From positions 2,039 through 66,038 of the forward strand of contig JAJFLQ010000134.1 of assembly GCA_021772615.1 (NCBI GenBank): 64,000 nucleotides of DNA. Direction: 5' to 3'. The notes beneath the pieces are model-generated. The model did no database searches, had not been told where the DNA came from, and saw only the letters and a program-made list of their open reading frames with translations. A program made the translations under genes and the position numbers. Positions 49,416 through 59,257 of this stretch are shown here, in pieces. Source of the DNA: Verrucomicrobiota bacterium. GTDB lineage: Bacteria > Verrucomicrobiota > Lentisphaeria > JABSQK01 > JAJFLO01. The stretch's first letter is position 1. Every line of letters begins with the position of its first letter.

Positions 49416-50825
49416 CTACTCGCTCCATTTCGAGGCATGCTCGGATTGCCGGCGGTAGAGGGCGGGATTGAAATATTTCTCGTAATATTCCAGTTCGATA
49501 TGGCATACCTGTACCCAGGTCCCCGGCGCGTAAAAGGCGTCGGTGTGCGCGGGAAAGCGACCATAGGTATCGAAGATATAGTTACAAATTTCCTTGGTGT
49601 ATTCTATGGTCTCCGGAGAATACTGCATACCGCTCGCTCGAAATCGCTCAACATCGCCTGCATCCCGGTACGAACGGCTGAAAATGGCGGTGTCCGCATA
49701 GGCTGCACGCTTGTCCTCAAGATGGCGATCGACGGCTTCGTCCATTGACGTCACATAAGGCGGACAGAGCCCCTCAAGAACACCATTAATTCCTACCGGA
49801 TTTGGCTGAGTCGACGGTAAAGGCGGCCAGCACGTCCATTCTTTTTTGGGGGTCTCCATGCGAAAACCAAGACCGTGTAATCCTTTCTCGTCGTCACGCT
49901 GAAAGATGTAAGGCGCCTGCGCGCAGGCATGCACCCAGCTGCCCAGCCCCAACGCCTGGGATACGAGCATCAGGTTTTGTTGTATGAAATAGGCTTCGTG
50001 ATCGGACAGCATCGTGCGAGCGAGACCGAGCGGGAACATAATTTTGGGATTCACGAACCCGCCTTTGACGCGGTCAACGCCCCCAATTGGCTGGTAAGGA
50101 ATATCTGGTATGAGTCCCAGATGATCGGCCGCCCAGGCCGCCCAGTCTTTGATATTGCGGGGATGGAAATGCTGCCAGTCATCGATGAACAAGGGGCGTT
50201 CGCCATCCGGACTCGCCAGCACATTCAGGATGCCGTTTATGTACATGCGCGTGGTATCGACAATCGGGAGAAACATGGTCGTGCCGGGGACATTGGAAAT
50301 TTGTCGATTCCACCCCATGTAATACGGGAATTTTCTCGGAAAATCGAGACGACGGTCCGAAATTCTGTGTTTTGCGGTATCCGCGACGTGCAGCCAATCC
50401 GCTTCTGCCCAGTCCTCCCAGCGCGCTGGAAGATCCTTGAGAAGATCAAGTCCTTCTTTTCCCTCCAACCGCCGAATTAACCACGTGCCGTCATCATTGG
50501 TCATGAATATCCGTGTCGGCTGGCTGTTATCCGGACTGCTTGCCGCCCTGCCGAGAATATTCATGAATGGTGTGGCCAGCTCTTTACCGTCGTCTTTGTA
50601 ATCGAGTGGACCATCGTGAGTAGTAATGGCCGTGAGCCCTGTCGAAGCAATGAGAATGGCTTCCTCAAGAGGGCGTAAAGGGGCCGGCGCGTTGGTGCTC
50701 TCGTGGCTCATCGCGCCGGAGTGAATCGAGGTGCCTTGGGCTACCCTCCGACTACGGCGATGGAGAATGGCGGACAGTAAGGGGTAGTCGAAGAGTTCTT
50801 TGAGGCCGCTTTTTTTATTTGGCAT
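49416..50825 (-). CDS. large (469-aa) nitroreductase-fold protein (SagB/ThcOx-like size), function unknown
   Basis: N-terminal LSAILHRRSRRV (RRSxR FMN-binding-type motif) and C-terminal NLMLVSQALGLGSWVHA (nitroreductase LGLGxxW motif); both by-eye. Confidence 0.4.
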   Translation of the reverse strand: MPNKKSGLKELFDYPLLSAILHRRSRRVAQGTSIHSGAMSHESTNAPAPLRPLEEAILIASTGLTAITTHDGPLDYKDDGKELATPFMNILGRAASSPDNSQPTRIFMTNDDGTWLIRRLEGKEGLDLLKDLPARWEDWAEADWLHVADTAKHRISDRRLDFPRKFPYYMGWNRQISNVPGTTMFLPIVDTTRMYINGILNVLASPDGERPLFIDDWQHFHPRNIKDWAAWAADHLGLIPDIPYQPIGGVDRVKGGFVNPKIMFPLGLARTMLSDHEAYFIQQNLMLVSQALGLGSWVHACAQAPYIFQRDDEKGLHGLGFRMETPKKEWTCWPPLPSTQPNPVGINGVLEGLCPPYVTSMDEAVDRHLEDKRAAYADTAIFSRSYRDAGDVERFRASGMQYSPETIEYTKEICNYIFDTYGRFPAHTDAFYAPGTWVQVCHIELEYYEKYFNPALYRRQSEHASKWSE

Positions 50826-50874
50826 GGTAACTCACTTTGTGATTTAAGATTAGTCTGATCAATTCCTTTCAGCC

Positions 50875-51098
50875 GTGCGGTCGCTGGGGACATCGACCCT
50901 CCACAAGACCGTAAAACGTGTCGTGCGGTCGGTGCGGACATCGACCCTCCACAAGACTGCAAAACGTGTGGTGCGGTCGCTGGGGACATCGACCCTCCAC
51001 AAGACTGCATAACGTGTGGTGCGGTCGCTGGGGACATCAACCCTCCACATGACTGCAGAACGTGTCGTGCGGTCGCTGGGGATCTGTGTCCTCTACGC
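50875..51098. repeat. 48-bp tandem repeat, ~4.6 copies (minisatellite)
   Basis: units gtgcggtcgctggggacatcgaccctccacaagactgcaaaacgtgtc at 50875, 50923, 50971, 51019 plus a partial at 51067; a few substitutions per unit; intergenic between two minus-strand genes. Confidence 0.85.
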
Positions 51099-51114
51099 TA
51101 CAATTAAATCCCCC

Positions 51115-54100
51115 TCAACTTCCCCGCTCCAGTTCTTCCACGATGATCGGAAAGACATCCCGATGGGCGTTTTTTCCGATCATACAGTCCAGATGAGCAT
51201 AATCCGGGATGACCCGCCGAGTGTACAGCTCTGTACCGTTGTTTTCGCGTAACCATAAGTAGGTTTTCTCGGAGCCGTCGGGGAAGAACATGGTATTTTT
51301 CGCACCGTGAATCAGGGAGATCGGTAAGGCGAGGCTTTTTACATTCGGCATATAAGTATCCTTGCCGTCCTTGTCCACGATGTACCCCTTCTGAAGGATC
51401 TTCAGGATCTGATGGAATACGTGAACGTTAAACGTCCCGAACATTTCCTGTATCGCATCATGCACTGCCGGATTCAGCTGGGCGTGCGTGTAGCAGTGTC
51501 CGAATATCGCGAAGATCCGGCGACAGACGGTACTGTTGCACTGCTCTTCCCTGGGGATTGGGTATAGCTTGACGATCTGATCAACAACATCGGCTCCGAG
51601 ACTTCCGCCGGGATCCGTTGTAAGCTCGTGTATGCCGAGATCCTCGCAAATAGTGGCCAGGCGTATGTCGGCTTTGAGTTTGCCATCGAGCTGGATGTCT
51701 GGATGAGGTGTAAATTGCGATGCAACAAACGAACGCACGCCTTTGAGCCCCGCGAGAAGAGCCATAAAACACGTTAGCGAGCCGACACAATGCGCCACCA
51801 CCTGTACGTCCTTACTCTTCGTTACCGAGCAGACCTCCCGCACCGCTGCCGGCCAGTCGCGCCTGGCGATATCGTCGAGCATAAACTGAGTACGTGAGAC
51901 CGGCAAATCCGGGCTTGCGCGGTAGTCCAATAACCACGTATCATACCCCTTTCCGCTAAGGTATTCAGCCAGATTCACCTCAACAGCGTCGAACGTGAAG
52001 CCATACGTTGAATTCCCGAAGCCGGGAGCGCAAATCACAGGCCCCTTCTCGCCTCCCTGAAAACGAATGAGCCGCAATTCAGCGCCGTCATCCGCAGTGA
52101 AATGGTGAATGTCCGGAGCCGGCGCGTTGAGCGGGCGTTTTTTACGCTGGAATCTCTCCCCCACCGTGCAACAGTCTGCGGTCACTCCTCCGTAACTCTG
52201 CCAGAGAGAGCCGGCAAAGAATTCGCCAAAGCGAGCCAGGGCACTGAGGCGTTGGGCCTCATTTTCGGCATTTGTAACGGCAATAGTCGTCATTTGCATC
52301 ATGAAATCCGCCGGCGCAATTTTGAGGATGCCTTTGCCGAGTACGGGCGCCTGTTCGTTCTCACCGTCATAAAGGGTGATGTACAGGGTTGTGGTTTGCG
52401 GCCATGCATTCAGCAGTGAACCATGGTTGATCACCTTATAGCCGTAGAAGTAGTAAACGCGCCCGTCTTCCGCGTGAAGTTTCATCTTGTAACGCATATT
52501 TCGCGTTTCGACTTCATCCTCATTGCTGATAAACAGGTTGAACGTCGCATCGCTTACGGTGAGCGACTGCGGCGAGAGCTCAGGAGCTGTGACGGTTCCG
52601 TGCATCTTCGCCTCATGCGCCGGATTATCGATAAGCTTATTGACGTCATCCGATACTACGCTGAGTACGAAATCGAGCATAGATCCGTCTTTCTCTCCCT
52701 GCTTCGCTGCTGCTGCAAAATCGTCTTTTACCTGGCACGAGAAGTAGCCTTTCATTTTCTCCGTAAATCGGATGCCGATCGTCTGCGCTACAGAGGGTTT
52801 TCGGGGTTTCGATCCGAATGTATAGTCGATCGACCATCCACGATCCTCCGCTATAATCGCGCAGCATCGCTCGGCCAGCGCCGAAATTGTCAGGAGAGGA
52901 TTCACGCCGACACTGGCAGGCAGGACAGCGCCGTCGCAAACGTAGAGCCCGTCATGGACCTCCTGTCCTTCATTACCGGAAAAAGCCTGTCCCTTGTGAT
53001 TGACGACGCCCGATTCTGCTCGATCGGCCATCACACAACCGCCCAATGGATGCACGGTGATCAGGCTTTTATGGAAGTGTTTGCTCCAGATAGGATTCTT
53101 GACATACTCACCATCCAACGCCTTTGTAGCCTCGTGCAAGCTTTCATTTATCGTTTCGAAGATGGGTTTTTTGCCTACATTCGGCCACGATATCCGAAGT
53201 CTATCATCCTGGAGCGTCATCTCGCCATCGCTATCATCATGGGCCATCACCAGATATGTCTGTGTATGTCTCGTCGCACCGAAGTATGCGCCGTGAAGCA
53301 GGCTTTCAGCGACTCTTGCAGTTCGTTCGATGCCTTCAAGAAAACCGACGTTCTTGTCGAGCCCCAGTGCGACCGCGGCCTCATTGAGTGCGCACGGCAG
53401 GATCCCTGCCATCGCACCAGGCATCACGCCTTCTTCGATGACATAACCGTCATGCACATTCGGCGTCTCACGATGATCGATGATGCCGGTTATGCAGGGT
53501 CCGGCAGGTGACGCGTGCCCGGGCCTGCGACGGCCCAACCCGATACCATTGATCTCGTCAGCGCAATTATAGCCAAAGCCGAGAACGTCCCCGTTGCCGG
53601 TAAAATTCCGGCCGAGCATATCCGGCAGGGACAAGCCTTTTTCCCGAGACCTCAGGAGGATTTGGGTTGAGCCAAGCGAGCCGGCAGCCACTATCACGAT
53701 ATCGCAGCTTACAAAGAGACTTTCAGCCTCGAATTTCTCGCGGCCTTCGCCAATAGTCTGGTAGAAAACCATCCATTTGCCATCGCGGCGTTCAACATTT
53801 CGAACGTTGATCTGCGTAAAGATCTCGGCGCCGTGATTCCATGCGTCCGGCAGGACATTCATTAACGTCGTGTTCTTTGCCGAATAATTACAACCGGAAA
53901 CACAATCGCCGCAACCGTTGCACGCCTTTTGCTCTACGCCCACAGGATTTGTCCCGTCCGCAAATGTGACATTGATCGGCGGACGATAAAACTCCCCCTC
54001 CAACCCCATACTTCGTGCTGATTTTTCCTGCGCCTTCAACTTTCCCAGTTCCGGAAAATCATCTGGATACGGCGTCGCTCCCAGGACCTTTTTCGCACGC

Positions 54101-54513
54101 TCATAGCCGTCCTTGATGCGTCCGTCCACATCGGCGCGAATTTCGTCCGGCCATCGCGGATCGTCCCATACTCGGGGATCCGCATGCAGCGACACATTCG
54201 CATTGATCAACGAGGTGCCGCCAAGTCCGCAGCCGACCAGCGCATTCATCTCTTCGTTGACATGGAACTCGAACATTCCCTCGTGGGAACCGACGTGGCC
54301 GGTTGGTGTATTGAGCTGGATCTCGGCCAACGCCTCCAATTCGGTATCCGGATATTCACCCGGGTGAATTTCGCGTCCGCGTTCCAGGACGCACACGTCT
54401 TGCCCCGCCCGCGACAATCGCGATGCCGCGATACCGCCGCCGTAGCCGGAACCAATGACGACAACCGTGTAGTGGTCCTTCATGTCGCTTGTTGGCGATG
54501 ATAAACGATTCAT
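51115..54513 (-). CDS. fusion protein: GMC-family FAD oxidoreductase (cholesterol-oxidase-like) + C-terminal alpha/beta-hydrolase domain
   Basis: N-term VVVIGSGYGGGIAASRLSRAGQDVCVLERG (FAD bab motif), GMC C-terminal active-site region HPLGGCVM...VCDGAVLPASVGVNP; C-term nucleophile elbow VVAHCVGSL; start MNRLSS with AAGGGGGG RBS (ORF 51115..54576 trimmed). Confidence 0.8.
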   Translation of the reverse strand: MNRLSSPTSDMKDHYTVVVIGSGYGGGIAASRLSRAGQDVCVLERGREIHPGEYPDTELEALAEIQLNTPTGHVGSHEGMFEFHVNEEMNALVGCGLGGTSLINANVSLHADPRVWDDPRWPDEIRADVDGRIKDGYERAKKVLGATPYPDDFPELGKLKAQEKSARSMGLEGEFYRPPINVTFADGTNPVGVEQKACNGCGDCVSGCNYSAKNTTLMNVLPDAWNHGAEIFTQINVRNVERRDGKWMVFYQTIGEGREKFEAESLFVSCDIVIVAAGSLGSTQILLRSREKGLSLPDMLGRNFTGNGDVLGFGYNCADEINGIGLGRRRPGHASPAGPCITGIIDHRETPNVHDGYVIEEGVMPGAMAGILPCALNEAAVALGLDKNVGFLEGIERTARVAESLLHGAYFGATRHTQTYLVMAHDDSDGEMTLQDDRLRISWPNVGKKPIFETINESLHEATKALDGEYVKNPIWSKHFHKSLITVHPLGGCVMADRAESGVVNHKGQAFSGNEGQEVHDGLYVCDGAVLPASVGVNPLLTISALAERCCAIIAEDRGWSIDYTFGSKPRKPSVAQTIGIRFTEKMKGYFSCQVKDDFAAAAKQGEKDGSMLDFVLSVVSDDVNKLIDNPAHEAKMHGTVTAPELSPQSLTVSDATFNLFISNEDEVETRNMRYKMKLHAEDGRVYYFYGYKVINHGSLLNAWPQTTTLYITLYDGENEQAPVLGKGILKIAPADFMMQMTTIAVTNAENEAQRLSALARFGEFFAGSLWQSYGGVTADCCTVGERFQRKKRPLNAPAPDIHHFTADDGAELRLIRFQGGEKGPVICAPGFGNSTYGFTFDAVEVNLAEYLSGKGYDTWLLDYRASPDLPVSRTQFMLDDIARRDWPAAVREVCSVTKSKDVQVVAHCVGSLTCFMALLAGLKGVRSFVASQFTPHPDIQLDGKLKADIRLATICEDLGIHELTTDPGGSLGADVVDQIVKLYPIPREEQCNSTVCRRIFAIFGHCYTHAQLNPAVHDAIQEMFGTFNVHVFHQILKILQKGYIVDKDGKDTYMPNVKSLALPISLIHGAKNTMFFPDGSEKTYLWLRENNGTELYTRRVIPDYAHLDCMIGKNAHRDVFPIIVEELERGS

Positions 54514-54579
54514 TATTCCCCCCTTTTGGTCTATCTTGTCGTTACCCGCTTTCACGGATCGGTTACGGCGGCGCATGGG

Positions 54580-57500
54580 TCAATCAACATGCCGTGCAAC
54601 TACGCTTTGCTGATCAATCGGCACAGTTTTCCACAGGCAGCGCTTACAAACCTTGGATGCGTCCCTCATCAACTGTGATTTCTCCGAACGATACTTGAAC
54701 TCGTACTGCAAGCGGTTACAGGCGATCTCAAGCCAATCGCGCCAATCCACGCGCCAGTGCCAAATCTGATTATCGGAGCTGCCGACAATGAGGTACTTAC
54801 CGTCTGCGCTGAAGGCCAGGGACGTGAATGTCGCCGCGCGGTAATCAGCAAGCACATCCGATATCAGCTCCATGCCACGGCCCCAGAGCCGCGCGACACC
54901 GTCTACTCCCGTGCTGGCAATCCTGCTGCCATCCGGACTGAATGCGAGAGCCGTTATGGGACCGTTATGCGCTCTCTTTTCACTCACCAGATTCGTGTTC
55001 GTGTCCAAATGCCACGAAAGAATAAATCCGTTTTCGGTACCGCTGAGAAGTATGTGTCCCGCCGGGTTGAAGGCCAGACTCGTTGGCGTGGAATACAGGT
55101 CCGATGTTGTTTGCAGAAGATTGCCGTCCAGATCCCACAATCGGACTGTGAGATCATCCGAGCACGTCGCGATACGATCTCCCTGCGGGTGGAAGGCAAC
55201 GGCTGTAATTACACCGCTATGCCCAACGAGATCACTCACGCATTGTCTCGTATCCACATCCCATAATCGCACCTGCTGATCAGCGCTGCCGCTGGCCACT
55301 AAATTGCCGTCCGGGCTGAACGCAATACAGGTTATCGGGGCGTAATGTCCCGACAACGGATCGCCGTCCGATTTACCTCCTGCCGTCCAAAACCTGAGAT
55401 ACTCATCGATCCCGCCGCTGACAAGGACGGTCCCGTCGGGATGTATGGCGAGGGACGATATGGAACCGGAACGGACTTCCACATTCCAGCCCGGCCGGTG
55501 TGTAGCCGCCGACCACCTGCGAATTGTGCCGCCCTGGCCGGCGCTGAAAAAGGCGTCGCCATCCGGGCTGTATGCCACCGCATTTACGGCAGCATCGTGA
55601 GCCTCAATCGGTTTCCCCACCATTATGCCCTCGGGATCAAGGAATTTAAGGGTTCCCTGATCGGTCCCGAATGCAATGAATGTGCCATTCGGATGGTAGC
55701 CTAGCGATTCCACGTTACCGACGTAACCCGTGAAGTCGGGGGCCACGTTGTTACCTTCGAAGTCGATAAAACGGATGGCACGGTCGTCGCCGGCACTGAC
55801 GATTCGCTCGCCATTCGAATGAACAACCAGGCTGGTGACCGCGCCGCCATGATGGGTAAACGGCTCTTTCGCCGCACTCCCGTCGAGATGCCACAACCGC
55901 ACCGTTCCATCGTCGCCACCGCTGACGAGCATGTCTCCTGCCGGATTGAACACAACGGCATTCACGCTCCCTGCGTGCCCGTCAATTGAGGTGAGCGATT
56001 CGTCTTCGAACTGAAATATGTGGATCTTGCCGTCACCGCTGGCGCTGGCAAAAGAAGTGCCGTCCGGGTTGAAAGAAATCTGATGGATGACCGCATGGTG
56101 TGCTTCTTTTGGCAATCGCAAGCTGGCGCCATTCGCGTCCCACAACTGTATCGACCCATCCCAGCAACCACTAAGTATTCTTGTACCATCAGAACTGATC
56201 GCCACTGCCGTAACATACTTGCGATTCGGTACGGGTTCACACCACACCTCGACACCCTCGGTAGTCCAAAAACACACTGTCCCGGCAGCACCGCCGCTGA
56301 CGATATGACAACCGTCCGGCGTGTAGACGACGGATTCAACACCTTCCTCATGCCCGGTAAAATTTTTATTAACAACCGTTCCATCCAACATTACCTGCTG
56401 GATAACAGGTTTGATTCCTCCGCATGCAACCGTGTGCCCATCCGGACTGAATGCGATCGAGTTGATGCCCCCCAACTTCGGAAACCAGATCGCATTCTTC
56501 TCCCGTGCGACTTCCACAGCACTGCTTAGTCCATGTTGTATGCCGTGCAGAACCCGATCGAACTGATCTTCGCTCTTGCCTACTAAAGCCACCGCGTTCG
56601 CCAGCGCCAACGCGGGTTCCTTTGAGAGCTTCTCGGGCATTTCGGCCGCTTCTTTTCGGATTAATGCTTCTTTGAATCGCCGTTGGGCCGTTTGTTTCTC
56701 CTCCTCCGCCTTCCTGCGTTCGGCCAACGCCGTGTTCTTATCGCGCTCAGCATCTACCTTTGCCTCTCTCGCCTCATGCGCCTTTTTTACCGCTTCATGC
56801 ATTCCGGTCCAGGCGAGTCCCGTCATAATCACCATTCCAACCACCGCCGCCGCCAGGCCCATATGCAACATCTGCCGAACACGATCTCTGCGTTTACGTT
56901 CAATCTTGCTGGCGGCCACGAGCCGTTTTTCATGCGGCATCAACACACCAAGGCCGCTTGCGCCGGCTTCGACAATCGCCAGGTCTGCCCTGTCCAGGAC
57001 GGCGCCAACTCGGTCGTCCTTCCATTCCATTGACCGATTCCCCAGGATACGACGAGCACGCGGACCCGGAAGATCCGATTCGTCGAAACGACAGCGAACC
57101 GGCAATGCGAGCGTATCGTGAGCCAGGCGAGTAACCTTCTTACCGGCCATCTGGTCATTCGACGAGTCGACGAGGAGGTATAGGCTCTTGCATCGCTCTA
57201 TCAAGGCGTCCAGATCATACCGGTGATTGCAATAGGTACGGTGAAGCTCATCTTCGCTGCGTGCCGCGGCAGTCATCATCGGTGTCGTGTGATAAACCAG
57301 GAGATTTAGCACGAAACCGGTATCCACCGCGTCACGGTGGTGTGCCGCCAGCTGACCCAGCTGACGATCCACAAAATCAGCCAGCAGCAGCCCGCATTTC
57401 TTGACGTCGTGATAGAGCTCGATCGTAAACGCCGGTGCCGAATTATTCGATTCCGTGGCTGCCTCCCACATCTTCGTCAGTAGGATTTGCAATGCAGGAG

Positions 57501-58902
57501 CGGTTGGCGACTCACGGTCTCTGAGGAGGTCATTGGCGACGAGCGCTGGTACCGCCGGATCTATGGTCAGCCCATAGTGTTGGCGAAGGCGCACGGTACT
57601 GTGCAGTCCGGCAACGATTTCGATGACGGCTTCATGATCGAGTGCTTCAAGAAAAACCTTGCCGAACCCCACGTCGCTCGATTCGAAAACCTTTTGTACT
57701 TCCGGGTACCACTCTTTGCGAAACGAGAAAATGATCCTGTTTCTGGACGACGGATTCCCGTTGGAGAACATGTGTTTCAGCACCTGAACAAGTTCGACGA
57801 GTTCATCTGGCTGGTTTTCGGTAGGTCGCGTAAAAACCTCCTCAACCTGGTCCAGTAAGATGACTATCGGTTTGCGAGCGTCGGTTTCCGCGGCACTCCA
57901 CACAGCAGGCAAGGGATCGGAAACAGAAGAATGCGGCTGCGAGTTAGCAGACGCGGGATCGGCTGTCAACTGAATCAATGCCCTGCGAATCGAACCGGAC
58001 AAGGTATCGTACTGGTCGCGGCGAACATAGAGAATTTCGTAGTGCCACGCCAGTCTGGGCAAGAGCCCGGCCGCGAGGAAGGATGACTTTCCTACTCCGG
58101 ACTGGCCATAGAGCAACGTGATCGGGGATGCGTCCTCGGCGATGACCCGTGAATACAAGGACCTGATCTCTCTATTCCTGCCAAAGAAAATTTCCGCGTC
58201 CTGCTCATCGAAATACTGTAGGTATCGAAAAGGTTTGACCGGTAATGGTCGACGCTGCAGACCGGGCAGTCCCCAACAGGGGTCGGGTATCGGCAGAAAG
58301 TCGGCGCATTTATCGATTATTGCAGCAATCGGACAGGCATACAACGTACCGGCCACAGCCTGATCATCCTTCATCAGAGCGAATCGCAACACACCCACGA
58401 TGGCGTTGTCTACGATCATCGGTGCGCCCGAGAGCCCTTTCACGGGTGCGCCTTCTCCTCCGGCAGCCTGCTTGCTGAACAATTGAATCGCGTCGATACC
58501 GTTGAGTAGTGCCTTGTGATTCTCCACCGTTCCCGTCTGGATCATGCCGTCAACCGGTTGGGAATCTGGAAATCCGTAGGTGACGAAATCGCCACCGGAC
58601 CTGCCGAGGTTGGCAAGGGGAATCGGCCGCGCCGAAACGGTATTCAGGCACGTTAACAACACCCAATCACTGTGGGGATCGAAGTATGAATCATAGATGG
58701 CTGCTTCGACGACGCCTTCGGGGAATTGCAGAAATATCGTGCCAGGGTGTGGCAGGGGCGGATTCTTTTCACGGTCGGCGACGACATGAAGAGCGGTAAG
58801 CACCAGACCGTCTGCAATCAGGCATCCGGTCCCACGACTCTTGCTTCTGCCTTCATCACCAACTTCGATGCGGGCGATAGCGTTTCGGACCAACGCGTCC
58901 AT
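54580..58902 (-). CDS. 1440-aa multidomain protein: trypsin-like serine protease - STAND-type P-loop NTPase - single TM - coiled coil - WD40 beta-propellers
   Basis: protease: GTGCLIADGLVLTALHVVAD..GLSGAPMIVDNAIVGVL; NTPase: ITLLYGQSGVGKSSFLAAGLLPRL, Walker B IVILLDQVEEVF; TM MGLAAAVVGMVIMTGLAWTG; Lys/Glu/Arg-rich coiled coil; >=12 WD repeats (..GHxxxVxxVAFSPDG..GSxDxTVRLWD..). Confidence 0.85.
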   Translation of the reverse strand: MDALVRNAIARIEVGDEGRSKSRGTGCLIADGLVLTALHVVADREKNPPLPHPGTIFLQFPEGVVEAAIYDSYFDPHSDWVLLTCLNTVSARPIPLANLGRSGGDFVTYGFPDSQPVDGMIQTGTVENHKALLNGIDAIQLFSKQAAGGEGAPVKGLSGAPMIVDNAIVGVLRFALMKDDQAVAGTLYACPIAAIIDKCADFLPIPDPCWGLPGLQRRPLPVKPFRYLQYFDEQDAEIFFGRNREIRSLYSRVIAEDASPITLLYGQSGVGKSSFLAAGLLPRLAWHYEILYVRRDQYDTLSGSIRRALIQLTADPASANSQPHSSVSDPLPAVWSAAETDARKPIVILLDQVEEVFTRPTENQPDELVELVQVLKHMFSNGNPSSRNRIIFSFRKEWYPEVQKVFESSDVGFGKVFLEALDHEAVIEIVAGLHSTVRLRQHYGLTIDPAVPALVANDLLRDRESPTAPALQILLTKMWEAATESNNSAPAFTIELYHDVKKCGLLLADFVDRQLGQLAAHHRDAVDTGFVLNLLVYHTTPMMTAAARSEDELHRTYCNHRYDLDALIERCKSLYLLVDSSNDQMAGKKVTRLAHDTLALPVRCRFDESDLPGPRARRILGNRSMEWKDDRVGAVLDRADLAIVEAGASGLGVLMPHEKRLVAASKIERKRRDRVRQMLHMGLAAAVVGMVIMTGLAWTGMHEAVKKAHEAREAKVDAERDKNTALAERRKAEEEKQTAQRRFKEALIRKEAAEMPEKLSKEPALALANAVALVGKSEDQFDRVLHGIQHGLSSAVEVAREKNAIWFPKLGGINSIAFSPDGHTVACGGIKPVIQQVMLDGTVVNKNFTGHEEGVESVVYTPDGCHIVSGGAAGTVCFWTTEGVEVWCEPVPNRKYVTAVAISSDGTRILSGCWDGSIQLWDANGASLRLPKEAHHAVIHQISFNPDGTSFASASGDGKIHIFQFEDESLTSIDGHAGSVNAVVFNPAGDMLVSGGDDGTVRLWHLDGSAAKEPFTHHGGAVTSLVVHSNGERIVSAGDDRAIRFIDFEGNNVAPDFTGYVGNVESLGYHPNGTFIAFGTDQGTLKFLDPEGIMVGKPIEAHDAAVNAVAYSPDGDAFFSAGQGGTIRRWSAATHRPGWNVEVRSGSISSLAIHPDGTVLVSGGIDEYLRFWTAGGKSDGDPLSGHYAPITCIAFSPDGNLVASGSADQQVRLWDVDTRQCVSDLVGHSGVITAVAFHPQGDRIATCSDDLTVRLWDLDGNLLQTTSDLYSTPTSLAFNPAGHILLSGTENGFILSWHLDTNTNLVSEKRAHNGPITALAFSPDGSRIASTGVDGVARLWGRGMELISDVLADYRAATFTSLAFSADGKYLIVGSSDNQIWHWRVDWRDWLEIACNRLQYEFKYRSEKSQLMRDASKVCKRCLWKTVPIDQQSVVARHVD

Positions 58903-59257
58903 GGTGAAACCAAATCAGGTTTTATATAATCGCATGGATTGGCTTCCGTGCCGGTAAGCGGATCTCAACGGCAACCAACGCATGGCACTGATTTTGCCAT
59001 GCTGCGACAATCGCGACCTGCGAATACGGTAAGGCTAACAGCGGAAGTGCCCGAATACAAATGAATTGTCGAAACGGCTCCAGATTCCCGCGCAGATCTT
59101 GCAATACAGCCACTGCACCGCTACAGTTTTATCGCAGAGCATACGTCAAGAACCGCGATCAAGCTGGATGTATCCGCGTACGGCTGGCTACCTTTAACCG
59201 AAGAATCGATTTTGCGATCGATTGCTTCATTTTCTCAACAAGGGGGAACGGTATCTC

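Noticed and set aside
50741-51050. ORFs 50741..51040 and 50859..51050 encoding 16-aa repetitive peptides
   Set aside because: They are translation artefacts of the 48-bp (16-codon) tandem repeat with no start context, and they overlap each other in different frames.
50875-51098. Possible CRISPR array (regularly spaced repeats)
   Set aside because: The whole 48-bp unit repeats head-to-tail with no unique spacers, and no cas genes are nearby. It is a minisatellite.
52423-53511. 362-aa plus-strand ORF
   Set aside because: It lies antisense within the GMC oxidoreductase-hydrolase gene, whose motifs are unambiguous on the minus strand. Long antisense ORFs are expected at this GC content.
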